From: Candidatus Dormiibacterota bacterium | GTDB taxonomy: Bacteria; Chloroflexota; Dormibacteria; DASZGP01 | Assembly (NCBI GenBank): GCA_035938695.1 | Contig: DASZGP010000051.1 | Location: 1-36,576, forward strand | Length of the DNA: 36,576 nucleotides | Direction of reading: 5' to 3' | Part shown: positions 6,917 through 15,163 of the stretch, piece by piece | Numbering within the stretch: position 1 is the first letter of the stretch | How the letters are laid out: each line of letters starts with the position of its first letter | Notes under the pieces: generated by a model | The model's database searches: none | The model's input: only the letters and a program-made list of their open reading frames with translations | Told to the model about the DNA's origin: nothing | Position numbers and translations under genes: made by a program

Positions 6917-8248
6917 GTGGGCGTGGCGGCGGGCCGGGCGGGTGCCGGCCGGTGGCGCGACCGGCCCCTGGCCGTCGGCCTGGCGGTGCTGGTCGCGTAT
7001 TCCGCCTGGATCGGCTTCTACCTCTCCCGGCACCACTCCGCGCTGGCCTTCGTCCACATCGGCCGCCAGTTCGCCCTGGCCGGCGACCCCCCGCCCGCGA
7101 TCCGGGCCGCCGCCGCCGACCGCGACGCCACCGACGTCGGCTACGACGGCCAGTTCGCCTACTACATCGCGGTCGACCTCGGCGGCGCCTGGCGGCATAT
7201 GGACGCGCCCGCCTACCGCTACGCCCGCCTCGGCTACCCGCTGGCGGCGCGGCTGGCGGCCCTGGGCATCGCCGCGCTGGTGCCCTGGACCATGCTGGCG
7301 CTGAACCTGGCGGCGGTGGCGGCGGGGGCGTGGGCCCTGGCGGCGTGGCTCCGCGAGCGCGGCGCGAGCCCCTGGTGGGCGCTGGTCTACGGCTTCTACC
7401 CGGGGCTGTTCATCGCGGTCCAGAACGACCTGACGGAGGTCACCGCGTACTCGCTGGCGGCCGTGGGAGCACTGCTGCTGGCGCGCGCCGGGCCGCCGAC
7501 CGGCGCGGCGGTGGCGGGGGAGAGGCCCGCCGGGTTCAGACGCTTCGTCGGCGCCGGCGCGGTCTTCGGGGTGGCCGGGCTGAGCCGCGAGACCGCGCTG
7601 CTGTTCCCGGCGGTCTACGCCGCCGCGCGGGCCCTCACGGCCTGGCGAGCCCCGGCAGGGTCACGCCGCCGCCCGGCGATGGAGGCGCTGGCGCTGGCCG
7701 CGCTGGGGGTGCTCCCGGCGCTGCTCTGGCGCCAGGTCGCCTATGCCATCTTCGGGTCGGGGGGCGGCCAGGCCGAGGTGGCCCGGGTGCCGTTCGGCGG
7801 GTTGCTCAGCTTCCTGCCCTTCGAGCCCCGGGAGTGGATCGAGGTGCCGGCGGTGGCGCTGCCCGCCCTGCTGCTGCTGGTGATGGCCGTGGTGGCGCTG
7901 TTGCGGAGGGCTCCCGCCGAGGGACCGGGCGGCGGCGCGGTGGCCCTGCGGGGCGGTGAGGGCGTCACGCCCGCGCGGGCCACGGGCGGCACCGGCTCGG
8001 CCGAGCTGGTGCTGGTGATCCTCAACGCGCTGCTGGTCGTCTTCCTGCAGCGCTCGTCGTGGTTCTCCTACTACGACTCGGGCCGGGTCAGCACCGGCCT
8101 GGTGCTGGCGGCGCTGCTCGCGCTCCCGGCGCTGCGGGCCCGCCTGCCCGCCACCCGCATCCTCTGGCCGGTCGTGGTGCTGCTCTGGCTCAGCGCCGTC
8201 CCCCCGGGGCTGCTGGCGCCCCACGCCTTCCACGCCCTCAAGCTCTGA
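6917..8248 (+). CDS. Polytopic integral membrane protein of unknown function (a GT-C-like glycosyltransferase fold is suspected only)
   Basis: Multiple hydrophobic segments and the motif YDGQFAYYIAVDL...AYRYARLGYPL. The likely start is the GTG at 6917, with GAGGA 8 nt upstream. The upstream part of the track ORF (6185-6916) is antisense to folE. Confidence 0.55.
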   Translation: MGVAAGRAGAGRWRDRPLAVGLAVLVAYSAWIGFYLSRHHSALAFVHIGRQFALAGDPPPAIRAAAADRDATDVGYDGQFAYYIAVDLGGAWRHMDAPAYRYARLGYPLAARLAALGIAALVPWTMLALNLAAVAAGAWALAAWLRERGASPWWALVYGFYPGLFIAVQNDLTEVTAYSLAAVGALLLARAGPPTGAAVAGERPAGFRRFVGAGAVFGVAGLSRETALLFPAVYAAARALTAWRAPAGSRRRPAMEALALAALGVLPALLWRQVAYAIFGSGGGQAEVARVPFGGLLSFLPFEPREWIEVPAVALPALLLLVMAVVALLRRAPAEGPGGGAVALRGGEGVTPARATGGTGSAELVLVILNALLVVFLQRSSWFSYYDSGRVSTGLVLAALLALPALRARLPATRILWPVVVLLWLSAVPPGLLAPHAFHALKL

Positions 8249-8260
8249 GGGCGGGATCCG

Positions 8261-9955
8261 TCAGCCCGAGGCGGCCTGCGAAGGCGCCGCGCCCGCGTCG
8301 AGGTCGCCGCGGGGCAGGTCCCGCTTGAGCACCTTGCCGGTGGTGGTGCGGGGCAGGGCGTCGAGGAAGACCACGTCGCGCGGCACCTTGTAGCGGGCCA
8401 GGTTGGCGCGCACCACCTCCTTGACCTCCTCGGCGGTGGCGTGGCCGCCGTCGCGCAGGACCACGAAGGCCCGCAGGCGCTGGCCGAACTCGACGTCGTC
8501 GACCCCCACCACCGCGACCTCGGCGATCGCCGGGTGGGCGGCGAGGAGGTCCTCGACCTCGCGGGGGTAGACGTTCTCGCCGCCGGAGACGATCATCTCG
8601 TCGTCGCGCCCGGAGACGAAGAGCAGCCCGTGGCGGTCGAAGTGGCCGACGTCGCCGGTGCTCATCAGGCCGTCGATGACGGCCTTGGAGCCGCCGCCGG
8701 TGTAGCCCTCGAAGAGGAACTCGTTGCCGACGAAGATCCGTCCCTCCTGGCCCGGCGCCACCGCGCCGCCGCCGGCGTCGAAGAGGCGGACCACGGTGCC
8801 CTTGGGCGGGCGGCCCGCGGTGCCCGGGGCGAGGCGCAGCTCGGCGGGCGTGGCGATCGTCGCCTGGGCCACCTCGGTGGATCCGTAGAGGTTGTAGACG
8901 ACCTCCCCAAAGGCGTCCATGAACCGCTCCGCGAGGTCGCCGTGGAGCGCCGAGCCGCTGATGCCGGCGATCTTCAGCGAGCTGGTGTCGTACTTCCGCC
9001 GGGTCGCCTCGGGGAGGTCCATGATGCGCTGGGCCATCACCGGCACCAGGACCAGGACGTCGGCGCGGTGCTCGGCGATCGCCGCCAGGGTCTGCTCGGG
9101 GTCGAAGCGGCGCTGGAGGATGACGGTGTCGGCCAGCAGCAGCGCCAGCTCGTAGTTGGCGAAGCCCCAGGAGTGGAACAGCGGCGCCGCGACCAGGGTG
9201 CGCTGGCCGGCGCGGAGCGGGATCCGGGAGAGGAACCCGCAGGCGGCGCCGAGGCCCTTGGGCTGGGAGCGGCGGGCGCCCTTGGGGGTGCCGGTGGTGC
9301 CCGAGGTGAGGATCGTCACCTTGCCCTGGCTCTGGGGCGGCGTGACCTCGGCCGTGTCCCCGGCGGCGATCAGCGCCTCCAGCGCCGGCGCGTCCTCGCC
9401 GCCCCGGCCCCAGGCGGTGAAGCGCAGGCGGCCCCTGGTCGCGGCGGCCAGGAGCGCCTCGAACTCCTCGTCGTGGATGATCGCCTTGGCCCCCTCGCGC
9501 TCCATGACCTCGGCCAGCTGCGGCCCGGCGAAGCCCGTGTTGAGGTAGAGCGAGTCGGCGCCGAGCTTGGACAGCGCCACCGTCGCCTCCACGAAGTAGC
9601 GGTGGTTGCGGCACATCACGCCGACCCCGTCACCAGCCCCGATGCCCGCCCTGGCCAGCTCGCGCGCCAGGGCGTTGGTGCGGCGGTGGACCTCGGCGAA
9701 GGTCAGGGTGCCGAGCTCGTCGACGATCGCCGCCCGGTCGGGGTGGACGCCCGCCGTCAGGGCGTAGCCCGCGGCGGTGCTGAATCCCCAGCGCAGGATG
9801 GTCCTGACCCGGTGCAGGGTGTGCTTCGGCGCCTCGATCGCCACCGCGCCGGCGCGGGCCAGCACCACGACGTCGTGGACCTGCTTGTCGACGAACGCCA
9901 CGGCGCGCAGCGGCAGCCGCAGCGCGGCGCGCCCCACCGCTGGCATCTCAGGCAT
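8261..9955 (-). CDS. AMP-dependent synthetase/ligase (acyl-CoA synthetase family)
   Basis: Contains the AMP-binding motif TSGTTGTPKGA, plus later YGSTE and the C-terminal GKVLKRDL. The start is uncertain: TTG 9982, ATG 9955 or ATG 9946. Confidence 0.85.
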   Translation of the reverse strand: MPEMPAVGRAALRLPLRAVAFVDKQVHDVVVLARAGAVAIEAPKHTLHRVRTILRWGFSTAAGYALTAGVHPDRAAIVDELGTLTFAEVHRRTNALARELARAGIGAGDGVGVMCRNHRYFVEATVALSKLGADSLYLNTGFAGPQLAEVMEREGAKAIIHDEEFEALLAAATRGRLRFTAWGRGGEDAPALEALIAAGDTAEVTPPQSQGKVTILTSGTTGTPKGARRSQPKGLGAACGFLSRIPLRAGQRTLVAAPLFHSWGFANYELALLLADTVILQRRFDPEQTLAAIAEHRADVLVLVPVMAQRIMDLPEATRRKYDTSSLKIAGISGSALHGDLAERFMDAFGEVVYNLYGSTEVAQATIATPAELRLAPGTAGRPPKGTVVRLFDAGGGAVAPGQEGRIFVGNEFLFEGYTGGGSKAVIDGLMSTGDVGHFDRHGLLFVSGRDDEMIVSGGENVYPREVEDLLAAHPAIAEVAVVGVDDVEFGQRLRAFVVLRDGGHATAEEVKEVVRANLARYKVPRDVVFLDALPRTTTGKVLKRDLPRGDLDAGAAPSQAASG

Positions 9956-9997
9956 GGGCGAGATTATGGCCCGATGGGGCAACTCGCCGTCCGCCGC

Positions 9998-10858
9998 TCA
10001 GCCGGCGGCGCGGCGGGCGAGGGCCTCGGTGAGGCGGGCGATGGCGCTGGCCAGGCCCCAGTCGGCGCCCAGCGCGGCCAGGCGCCGGGGGTCGGCGGGC
10101 GCGTCGGGGACGGCGCAGTCGGGCAGGTCGAGGGGGATGTCGGCGACCGGGGCGACGACCCGGCGGGCGCCGGCCAGGTACTCCAGGGCGGGGCCGTCGA
10201 GCCGGGTGTTGGCGATGATGCCCTCCAGGTCGCCGTGGCGGCGGACCAGGTCGACGGCGGTCTTGGCGCCCACCCCCCGCAGGCCGGGGAGGCCGTCGGA
10301 GGGGTCACCGCGGAGGATCGCGAAGTCCAGGTAGCTCCGCCCCGGGATGCCGTAGCGCCGGGTGATCTCGGCCTCGTCGACCACCGCCAGGCCGCCCCGC
10401 TCGGGGTAGAGGACGGTGACGTCGGGGTCGCGGACCAGGGCGAAGAGGTCGCGGTCGCCGGACCAGATCTCGACCCTCCCGGTGACCCGGGCGACGATCG
10501 AGGCGATCACGTCCTCGGCCTCGAAGCCGGCGGCGCCGATCACCGCCAGGCCGGCGGCGCGAAGGACGTCCCAGGCCACCGGCATCTGGGGCTCGAGCTC
10601 GGGCGGGACGGGCTCGGCGACGCGGTGGGCCTTGTAGGTCGGCAGGGCCTCGACCCGGAAGGCCGGGCGCCAGTCCTCGTCGGTGGCCAGGGCCAGGTGG
10701 GCGGGGCGGCGCTCGGTGATCAGGCGGGCCAGGTTGTCGATGCAGCCGCGGGCGCCGTTGATCGGCGCGCCATTGGGCGCCACCACCGTCCTGGGGACCC
10801 CGTAGAAGGCGCGGAAGATCAGGCTGGAGCCGTCGATCAGGAGCCAGTCGGTGGGCAC
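9998..10858 (-). CDS. 5'-3' exonuclease (FEN / Pol I N-terminal-domain family)
   Basis: The N-terminus LLIDGSSLIFRAFYG and the H3TH-type region SDGLPGLRGVGAKTAVDLV are present. GTG start at 10858. Confidence 0.85.
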   Translation of the reverse strand: MPTDWLLIDGSSLIFRAFYGVPRTVVAPNGAPINGARGCIDNLARLITERRPAHLALATDEDWRPAFRVEALPTYKAHRVAEPVPPELEPQMPVAWDVLRAAGLAVIGAAGFEAEDVIASIVARVTGRVEIWSGDRDLFALVRDPDVTVLYPERGGLAVVDEAEITRRYGIPGRSYLDFAILRGDPSDGLPGLRGVGAKTAVDLVRRHGDLEGIIANTRLDGPALEYLAGARRVVAPVADIPLDLPDCAVPDAPADPRRLAALGADWGLASAIARLTEALARRAAG

Positions 10859-10936
10859 CGCGCAAGTATGGTGGGGAAGATCATGCCGGCGAAATCATGC
10901 CGGGGCCGCCCGGGCGGGTTGGTTCCGCTGACCGGC

Positions 10937-12073
10937 TCAGACGATCAGCATCGAGTCGCCGAACTCGTGCCAGAGGTAGCCGCGGTCGAGCGCCTCGGAG
11001 TACGCTCGGGCCAGCAGGTCGCGGTCGAGGAAGGCTTCGAGCAGGTCGAAGTGGCTGGCCATCGGCTCGTGCATCCCGGTGATCAGGCCGTCGACGGAAA
11101 GGATCGGGGTGCCGGGGCCGATCCGCAGGTCGGTCCAGCCGGAGGTGGCGCGGACGTGGCCGCCGGGGCCCAGGCTGGACTCCAGGGCCCGCACCACGGT
11201 GGTGCCGACGGCGATCACCCGCTCGGCGCCGTTCACGGCCTCGGCCGTGGCCTGGGAGACCTCGAACCACTCCTCGTAGAGGTGGTGCTCGAGGTCGAAG
11301 GCGTCGTCCTGGTAGGAGCTGAGCCCGGTGTGCAGGACCAGCTCGGCGGTGCGCACCCCGCGCCGCCTGAGGGCCAGGAGCAGCTCCCAGCTGAAGGGCC
11401 GGCCGGCCGAGGCCATCTCGGCCGAGCCGGGCACCCCGGCGTAGACGTTCTGGTAGAAGTCGAGGGGAACCGGGCGGGGGACGTAGGAGTAGCGGATGGG
11501 CTCGCCGGTGGCGGCCATCGCGCTCAGCCCGTCGCCGTCGGTGGTCAGGCGCCAGAGCAGGGGGATGTCGGGGCGCCGCCCGACGACCGTGGCGTGGAGG
11601 CTGCCGCCGCCCATCACCAGGCGCTCGCCGGGGCGCAGCTCGACGTTGGCGAAGGGCGCCACCGGTTCCACCGCCAGCACGTCCCAGGCGGACCCCGCCG
11701 AGGCTCGGGATCCTCCAGGGCCCCGGCCGGGACGGCGGACGCAGGGGCGGATCTGCACGGTGCTGCCGTCCTGCCGGCGCGCGGGCAGGGCGGCGGGCAG
11801 GGTGCGGCTGGTGTTGAGCACCAGCAGGTCGCCGGCGCGGAGGTGGTCGCCGATGGCGTCGAAGCGGCTGTGGGTCAAGCGGCCCTTGGTGCGGTCGGCG
11901 ACCAGCAGGCGGACGTGGTCCCGGCGCAGGCCGCGCAGCTCCGGCGGCAGCGAGGCCCGCTGGGCCGGGGGCACCGGCGGCAGGTCGCGGACCGCGAAGC
12001 CTGCGACCATCGTGAGGCCGGGGTGGGAGATTGGCGTGAGTCCGCGATGGGCGGAAACCAGCCTGTCAAGCAT
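10937..12073 (-). CDS. queA: S-adenosylmethionine:tRNA ribosyltransferase-isomerase (QueA-like)
   Basis: Contains LLVLNTSRTLPAAL, YQNVYAGVPGSAEMASAGRPF, VLHTGLSS, VIAVGTTVVRALES and GYLWHEFGDSMLIV, matching the Queuosine_synth (PF02547 type) pattern. The N-terminus is atypical. The ATG at 12073 overlaps the SDR stop by 8 nt. Confidence 0.7.
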   Translation of the reverse strand: MLDRLVSAHRGLTPISHPGLTMVAGFAVRDLPPVPPAQRASLPPELRGLRRDHVRLLVADRTKGRLTHSRFDAIGDHLRAGDLLVLNTSRTLPAALPARRQDGSTVQIRPCVRRPGRGPGGSRASAGSAWDVLAVEPVAPFANVELRPGERLVMGGGSLHATVVGRRPDIPLLWRLTTDGDGLSAMAATGEPIRYSYVPRPVPLDFYQNVYAGVPGSAEMASAGRPFSWELLLALRRRGVRTAELVLHTGLSSYQDDAFDLEHHLYEEWFEVSQATAEAVNGAERVIAVGTTVVRALESSLGPGGHVRATSGWTDLRIGPGTPILSVDGLITGMHEPMASHFDLLEAFLDRDLLARAYSEALDRGYLWHEFGDSMLIV

Positions 12074-12815
12074 TTGAAGGCACCGCCGCTGCCGCCAGGA
12101 TCTCCGCGGCGCTGGTCCGGGTCCCCGAGGGCACGTCCGCCAGCCCCGCCGCCAGGAGCACGAAGGCCTCCGCCACCTCGACCGGGTTGGCCAGGCTGGC
12201 CGGGTCGTCCTCGGGCAGCGCGGCGCGATGCATGGCGGTGTCCATGTCGCCGGGATCGACGGCGTGGATCCGCACCCCGGTGCCCGTGAGCTCGGCGCCC
12301 CAGGTCCGGGTCAGGCCCTCCAGCGCCGCCTTGGAGACGGAGTACGCGCCCCAGCCGGCGTAGCCGTTGACGGCGACGTCGGAGGTGACGTTGATCACCG
12401 CCCCCCGGCCCCGCTGGATCATCCCCCCGAGCAGCGCCCAGGCCAGGTGGAAGGGGGCGTGGAGGTTGACCCTGACGACCCGGTCGAAGACGTGCGGGGG
12501 GTAGTCGACGAGGTAGGGCAGCGGCGTCGGGCCGAGGTCGGAGGCGTTGTTGACCAGCACGTCGACGCGGCCGAAGCGCTCCAGGGCCAGCACCACCAGG
12601 CGCTCGACGTCGCGGGCCTGGCCGACGTCGGCGACCACCGCCAGGCACTCGCCGCCGGCGGCTTCGATCTCCGCGCGCACGGCCTCCAGCTCGGCCTCGC
12701 CGCGGGCGCAGATCGCCAGCCGCGCCCCCTCCCGGGCGAAGGCCAGGGCCATCGCCCGGCCCAAACCCCGCGAGGCGCCGGTGATCAGCGCCACCTGGCC
12801 GTCGAGCTGCTTCAT
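12066..12815 (-). CDS. Short-chain dehydrogenase/reductase (SDR)
   Basis: Contains ALITGASRGLGRAMALAF (TGxxxGxG), NNAS and YSVSKAAL (YxxxK). AGGAGG lies 6 nt upstream of the ATG at 12815. Confidence 0.9.
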   Translation of the reverse strand: MKQLDGQVALITGASRGLGRAMALAFAREGARLAICARGEAELEAVRAEIEAAGGECLAVVADVGQARDVERLVVLALERFGRVDVLVNNASDLGPTPLPYLVDYPPHVFDRVVRVNLHAPFHLAWALLGGMIQRGRGAVINVTSDVAVNGYAGWGAYSVSKAALEGLTRTWGAELTGTGVRIHAVDPGDMDTAMHRAALPEDDPASLANPVEVAEAFVLLAAGLADVPSGTRTSAAEILAAAAVPSNA

Positions 12816-12891
12816 CACGTTCCTCCTTCGGGCATGACCTGATCGTGCGCCGGGCGGGGCGGCGGGGCATCGGCCGAGGGGCGGGTCGGGG

Positions 12892-12909
12892 CTCCGCCTT
12901 TGGGCGGAG
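12892..12909 (-). terminator. GC hairpin after the response-regulator gene (weak terminator candidate)
   Basis: CTCCGCC-tttg-GGCGGAG (7-bp stem) lies 7 nt downstream of the response-regulator stop. There is no U-tract. Confidence 0.3.
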
Positions 12910-12915
12910 GGCGGC

Positions 12916-13572
12916 TCAGTCCACCAGGCGGCCGCGGACCGCGGCCAGCGCGGCCTGGGTGCGGTCGGCCACGTCCAGCTTCTGGAGGATGTTGCTGACG
13001 TGGGTCTTGACGGTCTTCTCGGAGATGAACAGGCGCCGCCCGATCTCCTTGTTGGCGAAGCCCTCGGCGATCAGGCGGAGGACGTCGCGCTCGCGCGCCG
13101 TCAGGGCCGAGCCGGGCGGGGCGCTGGCCCGGTGCATCAGGCGGCTGGCGACGTCGGGGTGGAGCGCGGGCCGGCCCCGGTGGACCTCGCGGATGGCCTC
13201 CGCCAGGGCCTCCGGCTCGACGTCCTTGAGCATGTAGCCGGCCGCCCCGGCGTCGATCGCGGCGAAGACCTGGGCGTCGTCGACGTAGCTGCTCAGGACC
13301 AGCACCCGGGTGGCGGGGGCGATCTCGCGCAGCCTTCGGATGGCGCCGACCCCGTCGCCGGCCGGCATGACCAGGTCCATCAGGACCACATCGGGATGCT
13401 CGCGGGTCACCACCTCGACCGCCGCCGGGCCGCCGTCGGCCTCGCCGGCGATGGCGATGTCGGGCTGGAGCCGGAGGAAGGCGCGCAGGCCCTGGCGGAC
13501 GACCGCGTGGTCGTCGACCAGCACCACCCGGATGGCGCCGGCGACGCCGGGCGTGGTCGGGCGGTCAGCCAT
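12916..13572 (-). CDS. NarL/LuxR-family response regulator
   Basis: The receiver domain IRVVLVDDHAVVRQGL...VVLMDLVMP and the C-terminal HTH LTARERDVLRLIAEGFANKEIGRRLFISEKTVKTHVSNIL are present. The ATG at 13572 overlaps the kinase stop (ATGGCTGA). Confidence 0.9.
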   Translation of the reverse strand: MADRPTTPGVAGAIRVVLVDDHAVVRQGLRAFLRLQPDIAIAGEADGGPAAVEVVTREHPDVVLMDLVMPAGDGVGAIRRLREIAPATRVLVLSSYVDDAQVFAAIDAGAAGYMLKDVEPEALAEAIREVHRGRPALHPDVASRLMHRASAPPGSALTARERDVLRLIAEGFANKEIGRRLFISEKTVKTHVSNILQKLDVADRTQAALAAVRGRLVD

Positions 13573-14765
13573 CGCCGTCGGCGCCCGCCCCGCCGGACGC
13601 CCTGGCGGCCGCCGCCGGGCGCGGCCCACCCGCTCGCCGCGCCGGCAGGAAGACCCTGACCTCGGTACCCCGCCCCGGCGCGGTGTCCAGGGTGAAGGCC
13701 GCGTTGACCGCCGCCGCCCGCTCGCTCATGGTGCTCAGGCCCATGGTCCGCACCGTGCGGGGCAGGGTGTCGAGGTCGAAGCCCGGGCCCTCGTCGCGGA
13801 CCGACAGCTCGGTGCCGCCGCGCCAGGCCCGCAGGTAGCCCCGCACCGGCGCGCCGCGGCCGTGGCGGACGGCGTTGTGCATCGCCTCCTGGCCGATCCG
13901 CAGCAGGGCCAGCTCCTCCTCCAGCGACAGCTCGGGGTGACCCTCGGCGCGGAACTCGAGGTCGGCCTCGCGGCCCCGGCGCAGCGACTCCGCGTGGTCC
14001 GCCAGGGTCGCGGCCAGGCCGTCGCGCTCCAGCGACTTGGGCCGCAGCGCGTAGACCATGCCGCGCAGCTCGGCCAGGGTCGCCGCCGCCTGGTCGTGGA
14101 GGCGTTCCAGGGCGGCCGCCGCGTCGCCGGTCCCGGCGCGCGCCTCGAGCGCCGCCGCGCGGGCCTCGTAAACCATGCTGAAGAGGGTCTGGGAGGCGGC
14201 GTCGTGGAGCTCCCGGGCGACCCGGTGGCGCTCCTCCATGATGGCCAGGTCCTGGCTCTCGGCATACAGCCGCGCGGTGGCGATCGCCACCCCGGCGTGG
14301 GAGGCCAGCATCTCCACCAGCTCCTGGTCGCGGGCCGAGAAGCTGCCCTCGGGCGTACCCGAGAGGTACAGCTCGCCGAGCGTCTGGCCGCGGTGCCGGA
14401 TCGGCACACCCAGGAACTCCGCCATCTCGGGGTGGTGCTCGGGGTACCAGGAGAAGCTCGCGTGGTCGCGGATGTCGGCGACCCGGATCGAGCGCCCCTC
14501 CCGGAGCAGGATGCCGAGCACCCCGTGGAAGCGCGGCAGGGTCGCCGATCTTGCGCGCCTTGGCGTCGGTGATGCCGACGGTCAGGAAGCGGTCGAAGCC
14601 GCCCCGGCCGTCGGGGATGCCGAGCGCGCCGTAGCGGGCCCGCACCAGCCCCGCCGCGGTGCGCAGGATGGTCAGCAGGATGCGCTCGATATCGAGGTCG
14701 CCGGCGATCGCCAGCGCGGCTCGGTTGAGCGCCTCCAACTGCTCGGTGCGGTCGCCGTCGGGCAT
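13565..14765 (-). pseudogene. Cytoplasmic GAF-domain sensor histidine kinase (HisKA_3 + HATPase), interrupted by an apparent 1-nt frameshift near 14539-14541
   Basis: The N-terminal GAF half (MPDGDRTEQLEALNRAALAIAGDLDIERIL...TDAKARKIGD) is in one frame. The continuation LPRFHGVLGILLREGRSIRVADIRDH...VARELHDAASQTLF...HATPase is in another. The span is 1201 nt, which is 3n+1. The frame change falls at a CCC run (GAC-C-CTG). Confidence 0.75.
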
Positions 14766-14789
14766 GGCGACCAGTGTAGGGGCGCTAGG

Positions 14790-14978
14790 TCAGCACGCGA
14801 CGCAGCCGCTGGTGGGGCACTGGCTGGCCAGGGACAGGGACTGGCAGGAGGGGTCGCTGCAGGCGCAGGACTGGACGCAGGAGGTGGTCACACCGCCCAC
14901 CACCAGGGGCGCGTCGGCGTCGGTCAGGCGCCTGATCGTCTCGGACCGCAAGCTCAGCCGCCGGAGGTTCTCTCGCAT
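14790..14978 (-). CDS. lanA: Lanthipeptide precursor A2: 29-aa leader and 33-aa core with 7 Cys and 11 Ser/Thr
   Basis: Sequence: MRENLRRLSLRSETIRRLTDADAPLVVGG | VTTSCVQSCACSDPSCQSLSLASQCPTSGCVAC. ATG at 14978 preceded by AGGGTGAAA. The stop is 24 nt upstream of the kinase ATG. Confidence 0.8.
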   Translation of the reverse strand: MRENLRRLSLRSETIRRLTDADAPLVVGGVTTSCVQSCACSDPSCQSLSLASQCPTSGCVAC

Positions 14979-15163
14979 TTTCACCCTGAGAATGGGCGTG
15001 GCCGCGCCGCATCGCGGCACAGCTCACGCTGGTCTGATCCACCCGAGACACCACATCGGTCCCTGGCCGCCACCGTTGCGCCCCGAAGCGGTCAGGGAAT
15101 GCTCTGATATCCAGGGTGGACCGCGTCCGCTTACCTGTCAACGGGCCCGTATGGGCCAATGAC

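Noticed and set aside
8441-12289. 1282-aa plus-strand ORF spanning four genes
   Set aside because: It lies opposite recognisable minus-strand genes (acyl-CoA synthetase, 5'-3' exonuclease, queA-like, SDR). It has no domain motifs and an extreme Gly/Arg/Ala/Asp composition. It is a stop-codon-poor antisense frame.
14521-14545. The kinase frame change, considered as programmed ribosomal frameshifting
   Set aside because: There is no slippery heptamer or downstream pseudoknot-like structure at the junction. A 1-nt indel in a C/G run is the simpler explanation (a sequencing error or a pseudogene).
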